Source: Mustelus asterias (Eukaryota). From it: a stretch of DNA of 64,000 bases. Numbering within the stretch: position 1 is the stretch's first letter; every line of letters begins with the position of its first letter. Positions 1-11,383 of this stretch are shown in pieces. The notes beneath the pieces were generated by a model. That model had not been told where the DNA came from, searched no databases, and worked only from the letters and a program-made list of their open reading frames with translations. A program made the position numbers and the translations under genes. The stretch covers positions 74,276,001 to 74,340,000 of the forward strand of contig NC_135806.1 of assembly GCF_964213995.1 (NCBI RefSeq). The letters are read 5' to 3'.

Positions 1-829
1 TTTCAGTTTGTCGGCCTATTCATGACCAGGTAGCTTGCCATCACGATAAGGACATCGAGTGTGGTCCCAAGACTGGAAGGTCAGTTAAGACCCTACAACA
101 ATCCACCATCAAGGTCTGAACTGCCCATGTATGATTGAGAGAGAGAGATGGCCCAACGTGGAGCCACAATGTAAAGAAAAAGTTCGCTTTTTTAAAAAAT
201 GTAAAAAACCTCAGCTGCTTGGCCATGATTGTGGAAGTCAAAACCACACAGCCAGCAGTTGCAGTTGTGGCCTGACGGATATGACAGGCGTCTGTGGGGA
301 TGGGAGGGTGGTGGGGGCAGGAATAATTGCAGATCACCACCCAACCTTTCCTGCTGTGAGGTCACCTTGATTCACTGGCCATGGTTCATCTCAATATGCA
401 AAGCCCTCATGGTAACTCCCAGTCGGCATAGGGAAGGGGCCTTAATATGCCCTTTAACTGCCATCAATTGGCCACCCGCTACTTATGGACGGGCAGCCGC
501 CATTCCGACCTCAACCAAGTTTCTCTAAAAATTGCGCAGCCTCAGGATCGTGATGCCAAACTGGCATGATAGCCAGCAGTGTGAGATTGTAGGCCCAGTA
601 GCCTCTAACTCCAACCCCACAGATGACTGAAAATCCTACCCCTATGGGGTTCAACAAAGTTTGATTCAGATAATGAGTGCAAAAATATTTATTTTTTGGT
701 TCTATTTCTCAGCGGAGATGTCCCTTATATTTGATAACCAAAAGCAATTTCATCACTGTATCTGTAAACAATTGTTCCCACTTGCAGTACTCGATGATTA
801 AAAAGTGGCTCAAGTGACTAACACTCTTA

Positions 830-1260
830 AACCTCACTCCAAGATTTGAACACACAATCTCTAGGCTGGCACTAACATAGTTCTGAGGGAGTATCTTATT
901 ACTGGAGGTCTTAGCTTTCAATAAGATTATATTGAGGCTCTACCTGCCTTTACCATTGGGTCAGTTGGACATTAATAAATCCATGTCTCTGTTGACAAGT
1001 GGCAGGGTGTGTGTGTCTGTTTGTGTGTGGCGAGGGAGGGGGCATTCTCCAATGTCCTAACTAAAATTCTGCTCTTGACCAACACTGCCATAAATAGATC
1101 AGTCATTCACTTCATTGCTCTTTATGAGATCTTACTGTTCCCAAAACAGCTATCATGTTTGCCTATATTAACAACAGTACCTGAACTTCAAAGTGATTAA
1201 TTGTATATGAAATGCTTTTGGAACATCTGAGAGATGTGATGTGGTACTAAATCTTTTCTA
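830..1260 (+). mobile_element. Deu-domain SINE (SacSINE1/AmnSINE-like), old
   Basis: Degenerate Deu-like core (ctgagggag..gaggtc..ccatg..tgtcctaac..gatcttactgt). Similar copies at 15740-16135 and 62260-62620. Confidence 0.55.
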
Positions 1261-2029
1261 CGTCCCTAATCATGCATCTGAGTTCTCCATTCATAAGTCT
1301 TTTGCACTATTGCCAGTGAATTAGTGTGGTGGGATGTTAGAAAGGCTAGAGTTACATCGTCCAATTTTCTTTCGTATGGTGGATAAAATCTCCCACCTGC
1401 ATTGCACATTCCCAAACGCGTCAGCTAAGGTGACAACCTGTCATTAGGAAAATCTTGGGTACAGATCCACAAAGTTCTTTTTAACTTTAATCACTTTTTT
1501 ATCATCTTGGTTTTACTGTGCCTACGACTCCAGGACAACATGAACTAGCCAGCAGCACACAGTGTCCTGTGAGTGAGCCTCTCATGCTCAGTTGCTACAT
1601 CAGAAAGTCCCTTTTGTGTGACATCACTTTGGTCTGCTTGCAGTGCAGAGACTAATGTCATTGAGGCTGGGGTCAGTTAATTTCTCCCAATGTATTTTAT
1701 CCATATGCACACAGCAAAACAAAGAGCTATTATTTGTTTTATAAAAAGGCAGAGAAAAATTTGAGCAGTTGTCAGATTTCACAAGAAATATTTGTTTATC
1801 TCCATATAGCATCATGAAAATCAACTCCACTTGCATTTATTTATTAAGATATCTTTGTTTTACTTCATTTATTCTGATGTAAAGTCAGAGCAGAGTACTT
1901 TTGTAAAAAAGACAAAAACTTGCTGCTGGGGCCCAACGATTCCAGGACGTGGAAAGAGAGGGTGACACCAGATGGCTAAAAAGTAGCAGGGTAAGCATGA
2001 TCATTTGTCTTTCTCTTATACAGTTAGAT

Positions 2030-3520
2030 TTAGTGATGGGTGATTTTCCTGAAATAATCAACAATTTAACGTTAAGGGAGCACTTAGCTAACAGTGACCA
2101 TGACCTGATGGAATTTGATTTAGGTTTGAGAAGGTATAAAGGGTTGGACAGCACAGTGACACAATGGTTAGCACCGTGACCTCACAGCACCAGGGACCTG
2201 GCTTCGATTTTGACCTTGGGTGACTGTCTGTGTGGAGCTTGCACATTCTCCCCGTGTCTGCCTGGGTTTCCTCCTGGTGCTCCGGTTTTCACAGTCCAAA
2301 GATGTGCAGGTTAGGTGGATTGACCACAGTAAATCGTCCCTTTGTGTCCAAAGATGTGTGCGTTAGGTAGATTAGCCTTAATAAATGCTCAGGGTTACAG
2401 GGATTGGGGGTGGGTCGAGGTAAGATGCTCTTTCAAAGAATCAGTGTAAACTTGATGGGCCGAATGGCCTCATTCTGTACTGTAGGGATTCCATGATTCT
2501 ACAGTCACAACCCAAAGTTTTACATTTAGCTGAGGCAGACACTAGAAGAATGAGGCAGAGATTGACCACAGTAGCCTGATAGACATTAGACGATACACTA
2601 CAAATGAACAGTAGGAGGTGTTCAAAGAAGTATTTGGTAGAATACCAGACCTGTACATTCCCTAAAAAGCAAGAGTTCTATTTGTGTAATTAAACAATGT
2701 TGATCTGAAAGAGAAGTGAGAGTCCAATAAAATTAAAATAAATGGCTTATATGAACGCAAAGAACAGTCGAGATGATGAGAGATTAAAAGAACTGCAAAG
2801 GGATACAAAGGAAATCATAAGAACTGTAAAACAGAACAATGAGGAAAAGAACTTGTGAGGGACATTAAGTTATTTGCAAATATACTCCGAGAAAGGAAGT
2901 GACTAACAGCATTGTAATTGAAAATCCCGGGAATAACGACTTACTAAATAAATACTATGTATTCATCCTCAGTAAATTAGAGGATGAAAATAAGACACCG
3001 GTGACACAAAACTAAAAATAAATCAAGGATAGGAATTTACTCAACTTAATGTAAGTTTAAAAAAGGTAATGGAGAAAATAGTTTGACTAAAGAGAGGAAG
3101 ATCTCCAGGCTGAATGGTTTCTATTCCAGGAGTAAAATGATTTGAAAGGTGTAGGTGAGGAAATTATGGAAGCTTTTCTCATGATCTTCCAAAAAGCCTA
3201 TTGATTCAGGAATTGTCCCCTTGAATCAGAAGATACCCAATATCATTCTATTACTAGGAATTAAGAAAGGTAGGGGAGATAAACTAGGAAATTATAGATC
3301 TATTAGTCTAATGTCTGTTGTCTGGAAGCTACTAGAATCTGTTTTTAGGGGTCGAGTGAGCTTTAGTCAATCTAGTTGAATTTTTTTGAGGAGGTAAATA
3401 ATGGATTAGGTAAGGTAATGTCTATGATAATGTTATTTATATGGACTTCCAGAAGATGTTTGGAGACGTTTAGCAAAATGAAGCATATGGAATTGGAAAT
3501 AACGTTATGACATGGATATT
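2030..3520 (+). mobile_element. Old degenerate CR1 fragment (contains an HE1 SINE)
   Basis: REHLANSDHD motif and remnants of SPG.DG, NYRxISL and FFEEV...YMDFQK. Confidence 0.6.
2146..2500 (+). mobile_element. HE1-type tRNA-derived SINE
   Basis: A/B-box head, central ctgtgtggagtttgcac..ggtttcctcc core, and HER1-like 3' tail. Confidence 0.9.
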
Positions 3521-4209
3521 TTTTGTTATTTCCTGGGAAGTGAGCATCAGCGGTGAGGCCAGCAATTGTTGCCCTTGTTCCCTTATTTTCCTTAAAAATG
3601 TGATGGTGTGTCACCTTACTTCTTGAACCGCTACAGTCCATTTGGTGTAGGTACACCTACAGGGCTGTTAGGAAGGCTGGTCCAGGTTTTTGACCCAGCA
3701 ATTGGTTCCAAGTCAGGATGATGTGTGACTTGGGAGAGGAACTTGCAGGTGGTTTTTTTTTCATGTGTCTGCTGCCCTTATCCCTCCTGGTGGTAGAGGT
3801 CATCTATTTGGAAAGTCTTCAATAAAGAAGATCAATGCTGCTTTTAAAGGGATTTCCTTTATCATGTAAATAACTCTGAAACCCAATGAAGCTATTGTAG
3901 CAATAGTTTTACACAATCATAGGCAACTCTGACCAAATAAGCAATTGATGTAAAATCAGAGAAATCAGCATTGCAATCTTCCAACGAACGAGGAGCATTA
4001 TTGACACATTAGTCTGATGATGCTTTATACCTGCATTCAGGAAATCTACAGAGTTCTGCTTCGCATGTGCAATTTGAGGAGGGGGTGTAGTTACAATAAG
4101 TGCCAGGAGCTGGAAGTAAATTGATTTAAATCACCATGATAGACAAATCACACAACAGTGCATGTGTGACAGGAAACAAAAGAAGTAGAGGCATAAAAGA
4201 TTACAAAGC

Positions 4210-4418
4210 AAAGCAAAATACTGTAGATGCTGGAAATCTGAAATAAAAACAGAAAGTATTGGAAAAACGCAACAGGCCTGACAGCATATGTAGAGAGAAA
4301 TAGCGTTAATGTTTTAAGTCTGTATGGAGCTGGGAAGAAGAGTCATATGGACATGAAAAGTTTCTCTCTCCAGAGATGCTGCCAGACCTGCTGAGTTTTT
4401 CCAGCATTTTCTGTTTTA
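4210..4418 (-). mobile_element. Older PLE-derived inverted-repeat element (second family)
   Basis: Degenerate arms (aaaacagaaagtattggaaaaa...cagca vs tgctg...tttttccagcattttctgtttt), ~35-nt unpaired tail on the left, and a decayed GAAGA-AGAGTC-atat-GGAC..GAAA motif. Related single arms at ~26258-26378 and ~16310-16410. Confidence 0.55.
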
Positions 4419-4523
4419 AAAAAAAGTAAGACTATTGGGATGATTAGTAAGTTGAAACTACCATGGTGGTTGACTAAATAAACACACAGATACAATGTAT
4501 AATTAGGCTTAATTTGGAAATTG

Positions 4524-4834
4524 ATAGAATCCCTACAGTGCAGAAGGAGGCCATTCAGCCCATCAAGCCTGCACCGACAATAATCAGGCCCTATCCCTGT
4601 AACCCCTTGTATTTATCCTGCTAATCCCCCTGATACTAATGGTCAATTTAGCATGGGCAATGCACCTAACCTGCACATCTTTGGACTGTGGGAGGAAACC
4701 GGAGCACCCAGAGGAAACCCATGCAGACAGGGGGAGAACGTGCAAACTCCACACAGTCAACCGAGGCCAGAATTGAACCCGGGTCCCTGATGCTGTGAGG
4801 CAGCCGTGCTAACCACTGTGCCACCGTGCTGCCC
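4524..4834 (-). mobile_element. HE1-type SINE
   Basis: Full-length reverse copy. Confidence 0.9.
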
Positions 4835-5289
4835 CTTTAAGGCTCTGGATAATGAAACTTTTTGCACCTTGTGCTCTTACCTATGCTATTGCAAAACATT
4901 GAGTGAGCTTTTGTGCTAGGGGGAGATGATGGAAGAAATTAATTTCAATCATACACAGCAATATTTATGATTGGCTTCTTCTAAAGCTCCAATAAAAAAT
5001 AACTAATGTGGTCCTGCGCCAACAATAAATTTGGAGTAAGTTTTAGAAAAGAAGAAATCTTAGTAATTTGCTGTGAGAGTTGACAGGGAATATCCAGTAT
5101 TCTTTTGTGCTCTGTATGTGGTTACCCTAAAATCGAGTGATTTTTCTTTTGTTAGGCAAGGGAAAAACGTTATAAAACCAAGATGATTATAAGGTACAGA
5201 TCAGCCATGGTGGAAGTGAATGGCTTGAGGGAGTGAACTCATCATGTTCCAATATTCATAGGATGAAAAGTGGATTGAGATGTGCATTT

Positions 5290-6772
5290 CAAAACCTTAT
5301 AGATCTCTTCCCTCATAAGAGATTATCATATAAAATTAAAGCACATGGAATTGGGGGTGGTGTATTGAGATGGATAGAAAACTGGTTGGCAAACGGGAAA
5401 CAAAGAGTAGAAATAAACGGGTCTTTTTCCAAATGGCAGGCAAGTGGGGTACCGCAGGGATCAGTACTGGGACTCCAGCTATTCACTATATATATTATTT
5501 TGATTTGATGTGATTTGATTTATTATTGTCACGTGTATTAGCATACAGTGAAAAGTATTGTTTCTTGCATGCTATACAGACAAAGCACACCATTCGTAGG
5601 GAAGGAAACGAGAGAGTGCAGGCTGTAGTGTTACAGTCATAGCTAGGGTGTAGAGAAAGATCAACTTAATGCAAGGTAGGTCCATTCAAAAGTCTGACCG
5701 CAGCAGGGAGGAAGCTGTTCTTGAGTCAGTTGGTACGTGACCTCAGACTTTTGTATCTTTTTCCTGATGGAAGAAAGGGAAAGAGAGAATGTCTGGGGTG
5801 CTTTGCTGAGGCAGCAGGAAGTGTAGACAGAGTCAATGGATGATTAATATTAATGATTTAAATGGGGGAACTAGATGTTATATTTCCAAATTTGCAGATG
5901 ACACAAAGCTGGGTGGGAGGGTGAGCTGTGAGGAGGATGCAGAGATCTTTCAGCATGATTTGGACAAGTTGAGTGAGTGGGCAAATGAATGGCAGATACA
6001 GATTCGTGAGGTTATCCACTTTGGTAGTAAAAACGGGAAGGCAGATTACTATTTGAATGGCCATAAATTAAGAAAAGGGAATATGCAACGAGACCTGGGT
6101 GTCCTCATGCACCAGTCACTGAAGGTAATCATGCAGGTGCAGCAGGCAATAAAAATGGCAAATGGTAATGTTAACCTTCATAGCGAGAGGATTCAAGTGC
6201 AGGAGCAGGGATGTCTGTCACACCTGGAGTATTGTGTGCAGTTTTGGTCTCCTTATCTGAGGAAAGACGTTCCTGCTCTGAAGGGAGTGTAAATAAGGTT
6301 TACCAGACTGATTCCTGAGATACCTAGACGAGTGTATGAGGAGAGATTGAGTCGGTTAGAATTATATTTGCTGGAGTTCGGAAGAATGACGGGGGATCTC
6401 ATAGAAACCTATAAAATTCAAACAGGGCTATACAGGGTAGATGCAAGAAGGATGTCCCCGATGCTGGGGGTGTCCAGAACCAGAGGTCACAGTCTGAGGA
6501 TACAGGTTAGACCACTTAGGACAGAATTGAGAAGAAATCTCTTTATCTAGAGTGGTTAGCCTGTGGAATTCATTACCACAGAAAGTAGTTAGATATAGTT
6601 CTTGGGGGAAGGGGATCAAAGGATAAGGGGGGAAGGCTATTAACTTGGATGATCAGCCATGATCTTAATAAATGGCAGAGCAGACTCGAAGGGCCGAATA
6701 GTCTAATTTCTGTGCTGTAGGGTTTCTAAGACTCTCTTTCTAAGAATCCTGCTCCTATTTTCTATGTTTCTA
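5290..6772 (+). mobile_element. CR1 LINE 3' half, split by a Rex1 fragment
   Basis: SGVPQGSVLG, KFADDTKL, LEYCVQFWSP motifs and a ttctatgtttctatg tail. Confidence 0.88.
5502..5840 (-). mobile_element. Rex1/Babar 3' end
   Basis: Reverse complement of 45320-45690, with a (tttga)n tail. Confidence 0.85.
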
Positions 6773-7059
6773 TGAAAAGGCTGAGGATTCGGGTGGGCAG
6801 GGGCAGCAAGGATAGTGGGTCCAATAAACAAAGTGTTTACTGCAGTTGTGGCATTGGAGCAGGACAACATCTGATGATAAGGAACATGTGTGACTGTGTT
6901 GGGGACATTTAGGGAGGATTAATGAGTAGTCAGGTGACACATCTGTGGCGAGCAACAAGGGTACAGCTGAGCAGAGTGACAACTGTAGATTGAAGTCTGC
7001 TAATTTTAAACTACAGCCAAACATTTGAATAACAAACCCAGACAAACACCACTGTGCCC

Positions 7060-7620
7060 ATGCAGAGCCGGGAGGGACACATGTGCCTCTGAGACACCTG
7101 CTCTTCCGGGAAGGGAGGGGTGGAGACAGGCTCGCGCTCCGCGGCCAATCGGAGCCCAGCAGAATCTCTTTGTGACGTCAGCCTCCTCGCGCTAAAGAAG
7201 GAAGGAACTAGAACTTCTTCCTGCAGAGGCTGCGTGATACACCAGGGTGAAGTGAGTGAGTGAGAGAGCCGGGCTCCGGGATACACCAGGGTGAAGTGAG
7301 TGAGTGAGAGAGCCGGGCTCCGGGATACACGGGGACGGAGAGAGTGAGCGAGTCGGGCTCCGGGATACGCCAGGGCGGAGTGAGTGAGAGAGCCGGGATT
7401 CACGGCGGAGGCCGAAACGGTGAGGCCCAGGGATGGCGGGTGGGCTGGGGGAAGGAGGGCGGTATTTCCCCCCCGCCGGGGCCGTGCGAATCGGGGCTGG
7501 AGGCTCCTACAGTGGATGTTTGCTCACTCATTGTGCGGCGGGGCCGGGCCTCTTAGGCTCTTTGGGCCGAAGCCTCGGGGCTAGGCCCGCTCTGGGCTGA
7601 CATGAGCCGGTGTGACCAGT
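7060..7620 (+). promoter_or_regulatory. CpG-island promoter and presumed non-coding first exon of the ZFAND5-like gene
   Basis: Sharp rise in GC and CpG content in an AT-rich background. CCAAT box at 7145-7149, perfect CRE TGACGTCA at 7173-7180, GC boxes and GTGAGT donor motifs downstream. Lies 6 kb upstream of the ATG exon, which begins at an acceptor. Confidence 0.75.
7236..7405 (+). repeat. Minisatellite, 4 copies of a 40-44 bp unit
   Basis: GATACACCAGGGTGAAGTGAGTGAGTGAGAGAGCCGGGCTCCGG is identical at 7236 and 7280, with diverged copies at 7324 and 7364. Confidence 0.92.
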
Positions 7621-8574
7621 TGCTGCTTTTAATTTCTGGTGGCCAACTTTTATATTGGAAAGTGATATTTTAAAATGATCTTGGACACGGATTCGAGCAG
7701 CAAGAGGGAAACTGGAGAAAAATGCACGATTTCCATCTGGGATATTAAAACATTGAATTTGATATGGGGGTAAGAATGGAAACCTGTGGGATTGTCTGAG
7801 TAACTTGCTGTGTTGGGCTGGGTTGTTTTCTACATGTTTCTATTCTAAATAACATTCGTCATCCAACGTGTTGGGCAATAAAGTTGCTTTGCTTAAAACC
7901 TCAGCCTAACAGATACCAGAAAAAAAACTGTAATTCTAGACTAGACATAATTTTATAGTTGGTTTCCACAGCATTGCTAAATCATGGGAGATCTGTCCGT
8001 TTTAAAAACAGGTTCTTACCTGCGCAAACTCACCTGGTGATTGCATTTTTATACTGTGACACTGCAAATATTAGCTGTTTTCCATGGCTGTTTTGTGGTT
8101 CAGTGCAGTCACATTGCAGTCTTGTGGTGGTCAGAATTGAATGCTTTGGCCCTTGTGATCTTCCTAAGAATGTTATCAGTAGGGATCTATTTAAGGATAC
8201 TTAACTGTCCTTCTGCTAGGTTAGGGAGCTGTGCCACCGTGCAGTTATTAATTACACTGGCTTCCTTGTTTTTGCTACATTTGGGAGAGAAAATGTGAAC
8301 ATGGTTTTGACTGAATAATTTTCGTGATGACTGCATGTGATATGGAAGGTGGTGGATAGACTCTAAATACCTTGGATTTTTAAAAATAAATGTAGTTTTT
8401 TGAAATCAAGATTTAGTTACTGTCATTTTAAATTGAACTTCCAGTCGAAGGATTAGTTTATATATTTGTGTTAACTTTTCTACTCTGGTTACTTTGTGTG
8501 CTTCTGTCATGGTGCAGCGGATAAAATATTTGAAAGCTAGCTTGAGGTTGACATCCCTTTTGGGGATGGGGTAG

Positions 8575-8950
8575 AAATATAGAAAATAGGTGCAGGAGAA
8601 AGCCTTTAAGTCTGCACCACCATTCAATATGGTTATGTTGATCATGCACTTTCCTGTTCCTACTTTCTCTCCATACTCCTTGATCCCTTTAGCTACAAGG
8701 GCCACGTCCAGTTCCCTCTTGAACGCATCTAACGAACTGGTCCCAACAGCTTTGTGGTAGAGAATTCTACAGATTCACAACTCTGAGTGAAGAAGTTCTT
8801 CATCTCAGTCCTGTATGGCTTAGCCCTTATTCTTAGACTGTGACCCCTAATTCTGCATTCCCCCAACATCCTTCCTGCATCTAGCCTGTCCAGACCCATC
8901 AGGATTTTGTTTCTGAGATCCCCTCATTCTAAATTTCAGTGAGTACAAGA
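8575..8950 (-). mobile_element. CR1 3' end
   Basis: agaaatatagaaaataggtgcagg tail and C-terminal ORF2 remnants, similar to 6400-6770. Confidence 0.75.
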
Positions 8951-9067
8951 TGTTTTTCTTCAGATGCTCTATAAAACTGGCCATATAAATGTCGTGGCTG
9001 CAAGAGCAGATCTGAGGCTGAGTCCTATGGTAAGTAGCTTCCTGATTTCCCAAATGTTGGAATGCTC

Positions 9068-9500
9068 TCCATTTGCCTGGATGAGTGCAGCTCCAACAAC
9101 ATTAAGCTCTAGGACAAAGCAGCATGTGTGATTGATATTCCTTCAACAAACATTCACTCCCTCTACCATCAATGAACTGTAGCAGCAGTGTGTACCATCT
9201 ACAAGATGCACTGCAGGAACCCACCGTGGCTCCTTAGACAGTACCTTCCAAACCCATGACTGCTACTATCTAGAACGACAAAATAAGCAGATACAAGCGA
9301 ATTCCAACTGGAAGTTCCCCTTTAAGTCATTCACCATCCTGACTTGGAAACATATCGCCTTTCCTTCACTGTCACAGTTCCAAAACCATGGGACTAACAG
9401 CACTGTGGGCATACCTGCACCTTGTGGACTGCAGCAGTTCAAGAAGGCAGCTCTCCATCACCACCACGGAATGTGAATGATGAGTATTCATAGTCCTCAA
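9068..9500 (+). mobile_element. CR1/L2-group LINE 3' end (second family)
   Basis: PFAWMSAAPT..DKAA..I..IHSL motifs. Other copies at 3520-3810(-), 40913-41600(-), 56500-56810(+) and 56838-56950(-). Confidence 0.7.
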
Positions 9501-10721
9501 GGTGGTGGCCTAGCCTGTAAATGAATTTTTAAAAATGTTGGTTGTGTTCAGGTTATTGACGCAACAGTAGCTATTTCATGCTAAATATGGGTGTTCCCCA
9601 CCTAAAGCAGTAGACTGCAAAACTTGTTTTGCTCATTCATTCATACACCTATATTACTAAGAATAGGTCATATGTGTCACCAAGTATTTCTGGGCCTGGT
9701 TTTGTTCACTGAGTCATAACTTGATAAAGAAATTGTACTATGGATCTGATGAAAATGATGTGGTCATAGTGCATCTGCACTAACATTATGCCAAGTATTC
9801 AGTCATCAGCCTTTAAGATGAGTGACATAACATGTCTGAGGTATTAAGTTTTCTTGACAAAGCTGTATGGATAAGTTTCAGATGGCAACATTGGAGTTCT
9901 GATGCCTGATGAAGTTAAGAGCTGAATACGGTAAACAAACTTTTCTAGCATTATTAGTCAATGATTATATGAGGAAGTTCCTCCCAATTGCCACATTTCG
10001 AATGATGTAGGGAGAGGTGAAACACTCTGCTGTAAAATCTCCATAGCAATTGAACCATTGTTTTCATCCCAAGTATTGGATATAGTACAGTGAAGCAAAC
10101 TTCTTGTGGTTTGAGGGTTTGGCTAATTAAAATTAATTCCAGGTTTAGCTAATTAAACTTAATTCCTACTTGGCAAGTTGTCATAGAAGTGAATCATATG
10201 ACTATCATAGTTTTTAAAATAAAGCTGATTATTATGCTCTCTACCTTTCTTGGTCAAATTGATTCTTTAAAAATCTTTGTCTGCCAGAAAAAGTTGAGAC
10301 TAATGCTGGTTTTGCATATATATGAAATGCTCAAGTAAATATGATCTGTTGGGAGAGGTGGACAAGAAAGCTGAGTGAAATGTTTTATTTCTCTATTGGG
10401 TCATAAACTGATCTGGCACCACGTCACAAGCAAGACAATTTTGCACTATGTTCTCATTGGACTGAGTTAAAATATTTCCATACTAAAACTAAGTTTCAGA
10501 CAGGATGCAATGACTACAGTTACCTTGATGTAAATCTGCATTTTGATTTATTTAGACCATCCCTTGTTCAATAAAAAAATACTTAATTCAACAGTAATAA
10601 TATGGTGTCCCTGGTCGTACCATTTTAGGCCATTTTTTTTTCTGACTAGTGTGATCAAATCAGTCCTGGTTTCAATTCACACATGGTAACAGAACTAGAA
10701 ATTTTTTATTGAATGCGAGAA

Positions 10722-11000
10722 GGGTGGCACAGTGATTAGCAATGCTGCCTCACAGCTCCAGGGATCTGGATTCAATTCACGCCTTGGGTGACTTTCTCTG
10801 CAGAGTCTGCATGTTCTCCCTGTGTCTGTGTGGGTTTCCTCCGGGTGCTCTGGTTTCCTCCCACAGTCTGAAAGACGTACTGGTTAGGTGCATTGGCCAT
10901 GCTAAATTCTCCCTCAGTACCCGAACAAGCGCCGGAGTGTGGTGACTAGGGGATTTTCACAGTAACTTCATTGCAGTGTTAATGTAAGCATACTTGTGAC
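10722..11000 (+). mobile_element. HE1-head SINE with an alternative 3' tail
   Basis: HE1 head and core followed by gactaggggattttcacagtaacttcattgcagtgttaatgtaagc..cttgtgactaataaa. Confidence 0.85.
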
Positions 11001-11184
11001 TAATAAATGAACTTTACTTTGGATTTTATGGTGTTTTGCTATTTTCTAACAATTAGAGAACGGATCAAATGTTGTTACGTGGTAGGTTAGGATTTATGCT
11101 TGTAATTTGGAGACACTGGTATACTTGATGATGTAAAACAAAAGGAGTGATTTTGGATGTGCTAAGCTCAGATGTGCCCTAGTC

Positions 11185-11383
11185 ATTCGCGCCCGCTGGG
11201 CACCGCAGGGGTTGGGGTGCATCATTGACCCCAATAATCACATTTTAATTTGATGTTTTTAAGTTTCCTTTGTACTTTGATTTCTGTTCAGGCTGTTCCC
11301 CCTCCTTTTTGGGGAGCTGCCCCTTTTACTTTGTCCTGATTTAATCTGAGTTTGTTTACTTGGTTTGGTTTGACCTAAAAAGA
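11185..11383 (+). mobile_element. Tx1-type (L1 clade) LINE 3' end
   Basis: RARWAPQGLGCIIDPNNHILI* (11188-11253) resembles Tx1-type ORF2 C-termini, followed by a T-rich 3' UTR. Confidence 0.5.

Noticed and set aside
200-645. GC-rich segment as a promoter or exon
   Set aside because: No splice or ORF support. It ends in aaaatcctaccc, like a Harbinger-type MITE terminus, but I could not find the other end, so it is not listed as a feature.
7236-7405. CRISPR-like repeat array
   Set aside because: Head-to-tail tandem units with no unique spacers, in vertebrate DNA.
9746-9840. Possible intronic C/D box snoRNA (TGATGA...CTGA)
   Set aside because: No terminal stem and no recognisable rRNA-antisense element. 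Similar box C hits at ~8326 and ~58794 lack a box D.
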